A DNA stretch of 64,000 nucleotides from Eubacteriales bacterium (lineage in GTDB: Bacteria > Bacillota > Clostridia > Oscillospirales > CAG-382): NCBI GenBank assembly GCA_045595165.1, contig JAZNZY010000019.1:11884-75883 (forward strand). The letters are read 5' to 3'. The notes beneath the pieces are model-generated. The model was not told the DNA's origin and did no database searches. It worked only from the letters and a program-made list of their open reading frames with translations. The position numbers were made by a program, and so were the translations under genes. Numbering within the stretch: position 1 is the stretch's first letter; each line of letters begins with the position of its first letter. Below, one piece after another: positions 25,823 through 35,373 of the stretch.

Positions 25823-25893
25823 CAAGCAGAACTGCGATGTTCGGATAACGAAATAGAAAATAAAAAATATAAAATTTTTCAGGAGGCGAAAAA

Positions 25894-28800
25894 ATGGGTA
25901 AACATTCCAATTTTTTCAAACGTGCCCAAACGTGGGTTCTTACCGTTGCGATACTGTTGACGGTATTCCAACCTATTTTGGGCTTCGTGGTTGTTGCGGA
26001 AGATAAAACTCCCGTAGACATCACTGTCGGTGAGCTTGTTGTTAAAAATTATGACCAGCTTACCGATTCCGAAAAGGCCCTTATCGAGTCGGGCGTATTG
26101 GTGGGAGATGAAACTCTTACATATACGAAGCCTGATGCGCTTAATGGCGATGAAGTTATATCTGTAAACACAGATAACAAGACTGTGACCGTAAAGGCTT
26201 ACAAAGACGGCGGCTACACCTGGCAGCCCGTTTCCGTTAAGCTTGTAAATAACGGCGCAGTACTCGAAGAGCTTACGCTTGTAGCCGGCAAAGCCACCTA
26301 CGAATACGACGGAAACGCTTTCGCCGTTGTAGTTGACTATAAGCTTGAAGTGGAAGTTGATGAAGCTGTTCAGAACAACCTTCTCACCGCTCCCGCAAAG
26401 CTTTCTGACGCAGTTGCAAAGCTCGACGCTATTGCAGGCGTTGACTTGAGCGCAATTGTTATGGCGCTTCCCGAGCTCAGAGAATTTGCAACCGAAGACG
26501 GTATGGAAGTTTATAAGATCAAAGATTCGCCTGCATATCTCGATTTCGACGATGCTGCTAAACCTGCTACAAATGCACTGATTAGTCAGCTCGATGCAAA
26601 CGGCGGCAAACTTGATCTTCAGCTTATGGTAGAAGCCTACGAAGCTGCTGACCACAAGGTTGCATACGCTATTGCAAACGGCGAAGCCATAGTTGAAAAA
26701 GCGATTGAAACCTATGAATATCTTGCAATCGTCCTTGATGGTTTCGATTACGATGGAGAGATCGAAAACAAAGATTCTCTCTTGGGTAAGATAGACGCTA
26801 TCAATTCGGTTCTTGATATCTTGATTTCCAATCATCTCGTTTCTGCGGATGTTCGCACTAAAGTTGAACTGGCTCAAAAGTCTGTAAACACTGCAATTTC
26901 CGTATTTGAAACTGCTGTTAACGCACTTGAGGCTCCTTGCGCTTCCGGTTGGAAGAGCATTGATGGTATCGTTAAGGCCGGTCTTACCGATGTTCAGCTT
27001 GAGGCTCTTGACGGATACGTTGCTTCTATTGCAATTCCCACCACCGGTATTGCTGTAAAGAATCCTCTTTACGTTGAAACTGTTTCCGTACAGCACAATA
27101 TGAGCATGTACAACGTTACCGTTAACGTAGAGCTTGAGCTTACCGGCGACAATAACGTTGTCGGCAAGGTTGATACCGTTACAACCACCGTTACTCTCGC
27201 AGAGGGTGCAACTACCGCTGAAATCCTTGCTGCAGTTGAAGCAAGCGGCGTTGTTGACAGCGCTCTCACTAAGTGGAACGATAAATACGTAGACGGCAAG
27301 TTTGACGTGGTCAAGTCTGCGCTTCCCGCAGTTCTTGAAGCGGATACCGTTTACACTATCACTTATACTCCCAAAACCTTTAACGTAGATTACGCCGGCA
27401 ACAATGTTGCATATCCTTACGGTGCTACCGTAGTGCTTGAAAAGCACGCTGATGCAACAAAGGCTTACGATTACAAGGTTAACGGAACACCTTACGCACA
27501 GGGCGAATACTTCGTTGTAGAAGGTGATACCGTTATTACTCGTGAAGAGGGCAAGAGCTACACCGCTTCTACCCTGTTCAATATTATCGCAAACAACTAC
27601 CTCAGCGGCAAGGGTGCTGCAATCCTTACCTCCGGCGCGTTGTTCGGCGACGTTGCCGTGAACGTTCGTTATCCCGGCGATGAAGACGAGCTTGTTTCTC
27701 TTGACGGCAAGAAGCTCACCGCTAAGAAATATGCTGCAAGCTATGAGGGCCTGTCTTGGACCGCATACAGCTATACTCTTACCAAAAACGAAGTTGAGAG
27801 CGAACCCGTTCTCTTCAATGGCGCTGAAACCGTTGAGATCAGCGGAAGCTTCGATTACGTTACCGTAATCTACCGCTTGAACTTCACTAACTTCAGCGAA
27901 GATACAGTTCTCGGCTTTGCTAATCTTCCCCACGTTCTTGCAGAAGAGTCTGCCGCACAGAAAGCGGCTCTTGAAAGAATCGCCGCAAAGAACGGAACTC
28001 TCGCACAGCTGAAAAAAGCAGTTCTTTCGGTAGCAGCTGAATCCATCAATGATTCCACGCTTAACGCCGATCTCGCTAAGGACGCTGCGCTTAAAGCTTC
28101 TTTTACTACTGCTTTCAACGGCATTATAAACGAATGCTACTCCGGCACTACTATGAAGCTCAGCCTTCTGATCAACGATTATCTCGCTTCCGGCGATAAG
28201 ATCGCTCATTACTATGCAAACCACGAAGAGATCCGCGGTGAGATCGCAGTGCTTGCAGGCTACCTTTCCACCATGATTGCAGAAGAAGCAGGCTTGACCA
28301 AGGATGATAAGAAGGCGGCTCTTGAGATTCTTCTTACCGATCTTGGTACAGGGGTGATTACCGCTGAAGATATTAAGAAATACGTGGACAACTTCGAATC
28401 TATCGAAGAGATCATGAATTCCGTGCTTGACGATCTCAGCGTTCCCAATGCCGCTATCGATCTTGAAAGCCCCAACCTTGGTAAGCTCACTGCTGCCCTC
28501 GACGGCGCAACTGTTGACGCTGTAAATTCCTACAAGGGACTTTACCTTACCAGCGTTGGCTTTACCGAAACTTCCGATGAACAGACTCTTATCACCGTAA
28601 ATGTAAATGTAAACGGCACTACCGTTTCCGTTACCTCCGCACTTATGGACAACGTTGATACGGTTTCTGCAGGCGTCATCGGCGATCTTATCGAAGCTAT
28701 CAATGCAAAGATACCCGGTGATTCCGCTTATTACAACAGCAATTACAACGAAGTAGTTGCAGCGCTCAACGCACTTGTTGGCGAGCAGGCAGGCTCTGTA

Positions 28801-31800
28801 ACCAAGAATTACACCATCAACTACACCTATAAGGAATTCACTGTTTCCGTTCCCGAAACCGAAGACCAGACTGTAACTGCAGTTGATAAGGTTATCAACC
28901 TTCCCGCCAGCGGAAATGCCGGCTTCAAGTATGTATACAGCGTTAACGGAATCGAAGTTCCTACCGGCAACTATACTCTTACCGATGCTGATTTCGCTTC
29001 CCTCGTTGCAGGCAATCTTAAGATCACCTTGAAAAAGGTTGACGTTCTCAGACAGAACCTTATCGATTACGTTGACAGCCTGAATGCTAACTCCGGTGAT
29101 ACCGTGAAGTTTGCTCTTGTTGAAAACAACGGCGAATATTCTATCGTACTTAAGATCGACGGCCTCCAGCCCAACGCTCTTATGAGCGCTGTTATGGGCA
29201 CCGCGCAGGGTATGGTTACCGGTGATTACGCGTACGTTGGACTTGACGGCAAGGCGTTCATTGACGGCAAGATCTATCTCCAGTCTGTGCTGGATGCATT
29301 TATGAACAGCGGCTTTGGCGATAAGACCATCGTTGACGTTATGGATGCTAACGGTAATATTAATAATATGAAGCTTTCCGGCACCGTTATTTCCAATACT
29401 CCCGTTGCTCCTTACGGCGGCGAGCTGTTGGCAACCACTATGCAGCTGGGTAACACCGCTTCCGATGCTATTGACGTAGACTTCTATATTACTCTTGGAT
29501 CCGTTTCTTCTGAAATGGTTCAGGTGAGAAACGTTCTGGCAGGAAAAGTTTCCAATTACTTCGGCTTGGTATGCGATAACGGCTATGCAAATATGTCCGT
29601 TAACCTTCCCGAAAAGGCTTACGAAGCATTCCTCGCAATGCTCCTCGTAACCGAGAAGATCGATATAGCAAACATCAACGCTGTTAACAGCGAAATCGCT
29701 ATTTCCTTCTTCCACGATCTGCTTATGCCCACTCTTAAGACTCCCGGCGTAACAGTTCAGACCTTCGATAACACTCTTTCCAAGTTCGGCTTTGATCTGG
29801 ATCTCTCTTCTCAGAAGGGCGCAGAGCGTCTGTATGATTATATGGTAGGTTTCTACACCAACGCTGATTATACTTACGATCCCGAAACCGGCTATATGGT
29901 AAACAATATATCTATTTCCGCTGCTATCGACGCTATGAATCTTGGCAGCCTCGGAAATATGATCGCTGAAAAAGACACCGGTCTTGACATCGCACTTTCT
30001 CTTACTATCGAAGACCTCGGCCACGAATACGATGCTCTCTATGTTGATATAACCGCAGACGGCATTGCAAACAAAGCAGGTCTTTCCACCGATATCGTTG
30101 CTAAGGCAGATGATATTGAAGGTACCGCAGTAATCGTATTGCTCGATAACGTTAACGGTCCTCTCAACCTTGGCACCACCACTCTTCTTAACCTCAACGG
30201 CTTTACCGTTGACGGCGACCTTAACTGTGAAGGAAAGGTAATCGTAGTTGATACCCGTGTCGCTGACGGCGTGAACGGCGGCGTGACCGGCGAAGTAACC
30301 GGCAACGCAATCATTCTCGGCGGTAAGTATGCAGATGATGTATCCGCATTTACCAAGAACGGTTACGTTCAGAACTCCGAAGGCGTAGTAAACAACAAGT
30401 TCTATGATATAGTTGAAGATTCCGAAGGAAATGTTATCGTAGAGCTTAACGCAGGTGTAATTCACACCGATAGTATTCCCAGCATCCCCGGTCTTGCAAT
30501 AGACCTCGCTTGCGATCTCCTCTTCAACGGATACAGCAGCAACTACCTTGAAATTGCAGGCAATACCGTTTATGATATCTCCTTTGAGGATCTCGTAGGT
30601 ATTTATGCAAGCACCGATCGTGTAAACAAAGTAGTTGATGAAGTTGTAAACATCGTTGACAGTGCAGAGCTTTCCGCACTTATCAACCTTGTTCTTGACG
30701 ACGTATTCAATTTCACTGCTATAAGCGAAGCTATCAAGGCAGACGAACCCGTACTTTCCTACGAAATGGTAACCAAGCCTTGGAGCATCCAGTTCTCTCA
30801 TGTTTCTTCCGAGGATTACATTACCGCAGGCATCGTATCCGGTGAACCTGCCATAGTAAGAGAACTTAGCATCACTCTTGTTGGCGAGGAAGCTGATAAG
30901 GCTTATTTTGCAGATCTCTTTGCAGAACTCGGCAGAACCGTTTCTGCTGATATCAACGTAAACATCAACCACGGTCTTGACGGAAAAGAACTTTATGCTG
31001 AGGTTTCCGCAGACGCAAACGTTTATGTTGACTATACCAACCCCAATTATGCTGTAATGTTCAGCGTAATGATCGCTGACGGTATCGGCGCTCCCGCAAA
31101 CACCGCACTTGTTGAGGGTATCAAGGAATTCTATGCAACCAACGGCGATATCTCCGATCTCGCATTTGCATTCAATTCTCTTACCGTTAATCAGGTAGTA
31201 ACCGCGCTTAAGAATCTTACTCTGAACGATGATTTCGACGCTATGGTTGCAAGACTCGGTCTTGACGGTATCGTTCCTTCCAAGGTAGCAGAGCTCGAAG
31301 ATCTTTACGATCGTATCGGCAAAGTTGCTGCAGCTGCAGTTCGCAAGGCTGATATCACCGGCGGCAGCCGCAAGTTGGGTACCTTCCTTGATGCAGACGG
31401 CGCATACGGCATGAGCAGATCCAACTTTGCAAGATATCTGGAGAGAAACCTCTTCAAGGGTTACTCCGCATCCGCTTCTGTAGAAGTTACCGATTTCTAC
31501 GTAGGCGTTAAGCTCTTTGCAGATGACGTGCTCAACCTCCTGCCCGAATTTGTAGACGGCACCGGTACTCCCGATCTCACCTTCAGCGATAAACTCGTTG
31601 GCTACCAGATCGATTTCGATGGCAACTACATCATAATCGATACTCATGCAAGCGGCATTACCGTTGATGAGCTCAAGGCACTTATTAACCTCTACGCTGA
31701 CAATGCCGATTATATCGACATTGCTCTCGGCGATAACCTTTCCGGCGATTCTCTCGTACCTAACGGCACAAAGCTTCTCGCTACCGCAGGCAACGAATTC

Positions 31801-32055
31801 ACCGATGAAGTTGATACGGTTGAATACACCGTTATCGTACTCGGCGATATTAACTGCAACGGTACCGTTGAAGTAGGTGACGCTGTACTTATCACCCGTC
31901 ATCTCGTTTACGACCAGGAACTCAGCGCAGTTCAGAAGCTTGCTGCTGATACCAGCAACAACGGAAGAATTGACGTTGGTGACGCTGTAAGAATCACTCG
32001 TAAGAAGCTTTACTGGGATGAATACAAGTCCTTGCTTGAAGAAGTTGAAGACTAA
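25894..32055 (+). CDS. Giant secreted surface protein (2053 aa) with C-terminal type-I dockerin
   Basis: AGGAGG RBS 7 nt upstream. Signal peptide (...ILGFVVVAEDK). C-terminus carries duplicated Ca-binding dockerin segments 'DINCNGTVEVGDAVLITRHL' and 'DTSNNGRIDVGDAVRITRKKL'. The body is A/V/D/N/T-rich with recurring 'YTI(T/N)YT.K.F.V' beta modules. Confidence 0.85.
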   Translation: MGKHSNFFKRAQTWVLTVAILLTVFQPILGFVVVAEDKTPVDITVGELVVKNYDQLTDSEKALIESGVLVGDETLTYTKPDALNGDEVISVNTDNKTVTVKAYKDGGYTWQPVSVKLVNNGAVLEELTLVAGKATYEYDGNAFAVVVDYKLEVEVDEAVQNNLLTAPAKLSDAVAKLDAIAGVDLSAIVMALPELREFATEDGMEVYKIKDSPAYLDFDDAAKPATNALISQLDANGGKLDLQLMVEAYEAADHKVAYAIANGEAIVEKAIETYEYLAIVLDGFDYDGEIENKDSLLGKIDAINSVLDILISNHLVSADVRTKVELAQKSVNTAISVFETAVNALEAPCASGWKSIDGIVKAGLTDVQLEALDGYVASIAIPTTGIAVKNPLYVETVSVQHNMSMYNVTVNVELELTGDNNVVGKVDTVTTTVTLAEGATTAEILAAVEASGVVDSALTKWNDKYVDGKFDVVKSALPAVLEADTVYTITYTPKTFNVDYAGNNVAYPYGATVVLEKHADATKAYDYKVNGTPYAQGEYFVVEGDTVITREEGKSYTASTLFNIIANNYLSGKGAAILTSGALFGDVAVNVRYPGDEDELVSLDGKKLTAKKYAASYEGLSWTAYSYTLTKNEVESEPVLFNGAETVEISGSFDYVTVIYRLNFTNFSEDTVLGFANLPHVLAEESAAQKAALERIAAKNGTLAQLKKAVLSVAAESINDSTLNADLAKDAALKASFTTAFNGIINECYSGTTMKLSLLINDYLASGDKIAHYYANHEEIRGEIAVLAGYLSTMIAEEAGLTKDDKKAALEILLTDLGTGVITAEDIKKYVDNFESIEEIMNSVLDDLSVPNAAIDLESPNLGKLTAALDGATVDAVNSYKGLYLTSVGFTETSDEQTLITVNVNVNGTTVSVTSALMDNVDTVSAGVIGDLIEAINAKIPGDSAYYNSNYNEVVAALNALVGEQAGSVTKNYTINYTYKEFTVSVPETEDQTVTAVDKVINLPASGNAGFKYVYSVNGIEVPTGNYTLTDADFASLVAGNLKITLKKVDVLRQNLIDYVDSLNANSGDTVKFALVENNGEYSIVLKIDGLQPNALMSAVMGTAQGMVTGDYAYVGLDGKAFIDGKIYLQSVLDAFMNSGFGDKTIVDVMDANGNINNMKLSGTVISNTPVAPYGGELLATTMQLGNTASDAIDVDFYITLGSVSSEMVQVRNVLAGKVSNYFGLVCDNGYANMSVNLPEKAYEAFLAMLLVTEKIDIANINAVNSEIAISFFHDLLMPTLKTPGVTVQTFDNTLSKFGFDLDLSSQKGAERLYDYMVGFYTNADYTYDPETGYMVNNISISAAIDAMNLGSLGNMIAEKDTGLDIALSLTIEDLGHEYDALYVDITADGIANKAGLSTDIVAKADDIEGTAVIVLLDNVNGPLNLGTTTLLNLNGFTVDGDLNCEGKVIVVDTRVADGVNGGVTGEVTGNAIILGGKYADDVSAFTKNGYVQNSEGVVNNKFYDIVEDSEGNVIVELNAGVIHTDSIPSIPGLAIDLACDLLFNGYSSNYLEIAGNTVYDISFEDLVGIYASTDRVNKVVDEVVNIVDSAELSALINLVLDDVFNFTAISEAIKADEPVLSYEMVTKPWSIQFSHVSSEDYITAGIVSGEPAIVRELSITLVGEEADKAYFADLFAELGRTVSADINVNINHGLDGKELYAEVSADANVYVDYTNPNYAVMFSVMIADGIGAPANTALVEGIKEFYATNGDISDLAFAFNSLTVNQVVTALKNLTLNDDFDAMVARLGLDGIVPSKVAELEDLYDRIGKVAAAAVRKADITGGSRKLGTFLDADGAYGMSRSNFARYLERNLFKGYSASASVEVTDFYVGVKLFADDVLNLLPEFVDGTGTPDLTFSDKLVGYQIDFDGNYIIIDTHASGITVDELKALINLYADNADYIDIALGDNLSGDSLVPNGTKLLATAGNEFTDEVDTVEYTVIVLGDINCNGTVEVGDAVLITRHLVYDQELSAVQKLAADTSNNGRIDVGDAVRITRKKLYWDEYKSLLEEVED

Positions 32056-32069
32056 GGAGGTGCGGAATA

Positions 32070-33476
32070 ATGAAATTTACTAAGAATTTATTTGCTTTAT
32101 TGCTTACCGCAGTTCTCGTTTTCACTATGTCTATTCCCGCCTTTGCTGCTGTTGCCACTGATGTGGTAACAGCGGAGGCAGGCGAAACTGTTTCCCTTAC
32201 CTATACTTATACCGACGTAGCCGGTATATACGGCGCATTCACGCTTTCCAATCCCGATATGGTTTCCTCTTTCAAGATAACCATTCCCGATCTCGGCTTG
32301 GAAGAAGTTGAATACAACGAAGCGGACGGAAGATTTTCTTACTTCCTGTCTGATAATATGACCTTTGATATCGTTCTCGAAGTAGTAGTTTCTTCTACCG
32401 CTAAAGCAGGCGATAAGTGTGAAGTTACCTTCAAGCACGAAGCAGTTTCCGAAGATGGAGTGCTTCCCGAAGAAGAAAACTTTACCGTAGATACCATTAC
32501 CATAGTTATTGAAGATGCTCCCGTAGTTGAACTTGACTACAGCAAGCTGGAAGCTCTTATCGACGAAGCAAACGCTCTCGTAGAAGATGAGTATACCGAA
32601 GAATCCTGGAAGGCAATGGCAGACGTTCTTGCGGATGCAACTGCGCTCGTAGGCAACGCTCAGACCCAGCAGGAGATCGACGATATGGCAGCAGCTCTTC
32701 AGGCAGCTATCGACGCTCTCGTAAAGAAGACTCCCGTAGTTGAACTTGATTACAGCAAGCTGGAAGCTCTTATCGATGAAGCAAACGCTCTCGTAGAAGA
32801 CGAGTATACCGAAGAGTCCTGGAAGGCAATGAGCGAAGTTCTGGCAGGTGCAGAAGCACTTATCGGCAACGCGCAGACCCAGAAAGAAATCGACGATATG
32901 GTAGCAGCACTTCAGGCAGCTATAGATGCTCTCGTAAAGAAGACTCCCGTAGTTGAACTTGATTACAGCAAGCTGGAAGCTCTTATCGACGAAGCAAACG
33001 CTCTCGTAGAAGACGAGTATACCGAAGAATCCTGGAAGGCAATGAGCGAAGTTCTGGCAGGTGCAGAAGCACTTATCGGCAACGCTCAGACCCAGAAAGA
33101 AATCGACGATATGGTAGCGGCACTTCAGGCAGCTATCGATGCTCTCGTAAAGAAGACTCCCGTAGTTGAACTTGACTACAGCAAGCTGGAAGCTCTTATC
33201 GCAAGTATAGACGAACTCAACAAGGAAAACTACACCGAAGAATCCTGGGCAGCAATGGAAGCAGTTCTTGCAGAAGCACGTGAACTTCTGAAGAACAAGA
33301 ACGCTCAGAGCCAGGATGAGATCGACGCGAAGGTAAAATCACTTCAGGCAGCTGTTGATGCTCTCGTAGGTAAATACGGTGATAACTCCACCATTATTTA
33401 CGCACTTGTTGCAATGATCATTGCTGCAGTTGCTACTGTTGCAGTTCTTAAGACCAGAAAGAAAGCTCGCAATTGA
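32070..33476 (+). CDS. Membrane-anchored cohesin-like / FIVAR-repeat protein (468 aa)
   Basis: AAGGAGG RBS and signal peptide (...IPAFAAVA). An N-terminal ~130-aa beta module has a cohesin-like pattern ('AGETVSLTYTYTDVAGIYGAFTLSNPDMV', 'AKAGDKCEVTF'). Four 71-aa FIVAR-type helical repeats ('LDYSKLEALIDEANAL..DEYTEESWKAM...QTQ.EIDDM.AALQAAIDALV'). C-terminal TM span plus KTRKKARN. Confidence 0.8.
   Translation: MKFTKNLFALLLTAVLVFTMSIPAFAAVATDVVTAEAGETVSLTYTYTDVAGIYGAFTLSNPDMVSSFKITIPDLGLEEVEYNEADGRFSYFLSDNMTFDIVLEVVVSSTAKAGDKCEVTFKHEAVSEDGVLPEEENFTVDTITIVIEDAPVVELDYSKLEALIDEANALVEDEYTEESWKAMADVLADATALVGNAQTQQEIDDMAAALQAAIDALVKKTPVVELDYSKLEALIDEANALVEDEYTEESWKAMSEVLAGAEALIGNAQTQKEIDDMVAALQAAIDALVKKTPVVELDYSKLEALIDEANALVEDEYTEESWKAMSEVLAGAEALIGNAQTQKEIDDMVAALQAAIDALVKKTPVVELDYSKLEALIASIDELNKENYTEESWAAMEAVLAEARELLKNKNAQSQDEIDAKVKSLQAAVDALVGKYGDNSTIIYALVAMIIAAVATVAVLKTRKKARN
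32518..33369 (+). repeat. 213-bp in-frame tandem repeat x4 (FIVAR modules)
   Basis: Units start at 32518, 32731, 32944 and 33157. Units 2 and 3 encode identical peptides and differ at five positions, all synonymous third-codon positions (GAT/GAC, GAG/GAA, GCG/GCT, GCA/GCG, ATA/ATC). Confidence 0.9.
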
Positions 33477-33525
33477 TCTTTCTTCTAAACCGCGCACCGC
33501 AAACATTTAAAAAACGGTGACAAGT

Positions 33526-33561
33526 TCCGTACACTGCCGTTAATTTTCGGCAGTGTACGGA
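33526..33561 (+). other. Perfect 14-bp intercistronic stem-loop without U-tract
   Basis: TCCGTACACTGCCG (33526-39) / CGGCAGTGTACGGA (33548-61), loop TTAATTTT, between the two cohesin-like genes. Confidence 0.6.
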
Positions 33562-33604
33562 CCAACTGAATACAAAAACAATTTTTGAACAGGATGTTAT
33601 ACAA

Positions 33605-35281
33605 ATGAAATTATTAAAACGAATATTGGTTTTGTTCCTCACCGCTTTGCTTGCTGTGTGCACTGTTGTCCCCGCATTTGCGGCGGCTCCTTCTACCGCT
33701 ACCGGCAGAGTAGGAGAAACCGTTAATATCACCTTTACGTTTGATGCTGTCGTAGGTATCGAAGGCGAAGTTATTTTGTCGAATCCCGATCTTTTTACGT
33801 CCGCAAGCCTTTCCGCAACCGGTGCCATGGTTGGCGGATATTCCGATGGATATTTTATGTATTATTCACCTACCGGTGATTACATGGCATCTACGTACAC
33901 GCTTATCCTCAATGTTTCCGAAAACGCAAAGCCCGGAGATACTTGTACCGTAACTTTTGAATATACGCTCAGCGACCTGAACGGTATTATGGGCGAGGTT
34001 AAGCAGGACGTTGTTCAGGTTACTATCAAATCCGCACCCGATCTTAATTTTGATGAACTTAACGAGCAGATCCGCATTGCGGAATCTCTCAAATCTACAG
34101 ATTACACTTCCGCAAGCTGGAGCGCTCTCCAGACTGCATTGAAAAACGCAAAGAATGCTCTTAAGAGCACAACACAGGAGGGAATAGATTCCGCTACAGC
34201 TGCACTTAAAACCGCTATTGCGAATCTTAAACCCGTTACATCTCTCAACGTCGATTATTCGGAGCTGGTAAAGCAGATAAAGATTGCCGAAGCTCTCAAT
34301 TCAAAGAATTATACTGCAGCGTCTTGGGCTAATCTTACAAAGGCGCTAAACACCGCAAAAGCGGCGCTCAAGAGCGAAAGCCAGACAGAAGTAAATTCTG
34401 CGGCAACTGCGCTCAAGAACGCAATCGCAAACCTCGTGGCGGTTTCCAACGGCATTGATTATTCCGAGCTCAACAAGCAGATCGCTATTGCTGAAGGCTT
34501 GAAAAAGGCTGATTACACCGCAGATTCCTGGGCGGCGCTTGAGAGTGCCCTCGTTAACGCGATCGCCGCAAGAGGAAGCAATAATCAGGCGACTGTAGAT
34601 ACTGCAGCCAACGCACTCAAAAACGCTATTTCGGCGCTGGTACGTGTTAACAACGCCGTTGATTACACTGAACTTGAAAAACAGATCGCCATAGCCGAAG
34701 GGCTTGACGAATCATTATATACAGACGCAAGCTGGGAAAACCTGCTTGAGAAGCTGGAAGCGGCAAAGCTTGCCGCAACCGGCAAGGATCAGGCTGAGGT
34801 AGATGCAGCTACCGCGGCTTTGAAAACAGCTATTGCCGACCTCGTGCGCATGGATTATCAGGCGCTTCACGATATTATTGAGGCAATAAAGAAGCACGCC
34901 GAGGATGAGAATCTTTCCGGCCTCTGGCTTAAGATGCACGAGCTTCTTGAGAAAGCACCTGCTATGTTTGAAAGCGGCGATCAGGCAGAGGTTGACGCTT
35001 ACGTAGCACAGCTTTCCGCACTCCTTGCAGAAATAATAAGAGAGATCGAATCCCTTAAGGATGCAAACCAGGTGATCGTGGGTGATCCCCAGATCACGTA
35101 TCCTACCGATCCTTATTGTAATATAGGTATGCACCGTGTATGGCCCATACTGTTCTGGGTAAGCTTCGCGCTTAATCTGTGCACAGTAGCCGTCGTAGTG
35201 TATATATATATAAATAAAAGGAAGAAAACTACGGACGATACTCCGCTTGTTGATTACGATATAGCGGACGACGCCGAGTAA
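33605..35281 (+). CDS. Membrane-anchored cohesin-like / FIVAR-repeat protein (558 aa), paralog of 32070-33476
   Basis: Signal peptide (...VPAFAAAP). N-terminal module 'VGETVNITFTFDAVVGIEGEVILSNPDLF ... AKPGDTCTVTF'. Four clear FIVAR repeats plus one divergent ('DYSEL..QI.IAE.L...DYT..SW..L..AL...'). C-terminal TM span (VWPILFWVSFALNLCTVAVVVYIYI) followed by NKRKK. Confidence 0.8.
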   Translation: MKLLKRILVLFLTALLAVCTVVPAFAAAPSTATGRVGETVNITFTFDAVVGIEGEVILSNPDLFTSASLSATGAMVGGYSDGYFMYYSPTGDYMASTYTLILNVSENAKPGDTCTVTFEYTLSDLNGIMGEVKQDVVQVTIKSAPDLNFDELNEQIRIAESLKSTDYTSASWSALQTALKNAKNALKSTTQEGIDSATAALKTAIANLKPVTSLNVDYSELVKQIKIAEALNSKNYTAASWANLTKALNTAKAALKSESQTEVNSAATALKNAIANLVAVSNGIDYSELNKQIAIAEGLKKADYTADSWAALESALVNAIAARGSNNQATVDTAANALKNAISALVRVNNAVDYTELEKQIAIAEGLDESLYTDASWENLLEKLEAAKLAATGKDQAEVDAATAALKTAIADLVRMDYQALHDIIEAIKKHAEDENLSGLWLKMHELLEKAPAMFESGDQAEVDAYVAQLSALLAEIIREIESLKDANQVIVGDPQITYPTDPYCNIGMHRVWPILFWVSFALNLCTVAVVVYIYINKRKKTTDDTPLVDYDIADDAE

Positions 35282-35373
35282 ATATACGAGTAAACATAAC
35301 AAAACCGACCTGATCTTTTGTAAAAAATCGATCAGGTATACGGCTATAGAGGAATATAAAGGAAGAAATTGCT

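Noticed and set aside
25879-31902. 2007-aa minus-strand ORF, nearly as long as the + strand giant ORF
   Set aside because: It is exactly in register with the + strand gene, so it is a mirror ORF caused by the absence of TTA/CTA/TCA sense codons. It has no RBS and an implausible I/V/N/C/F-rich composition. The + strand product has an RBS, a signal peptide and a dockerin.
35282-35373. Possible terminator after the second cohesin-like gene (ACCTGATC ... GATCAGGT)
   Set aside because: It is only an 8-bp stem with a ~13-nt loop and no U-tract, too weak to call.
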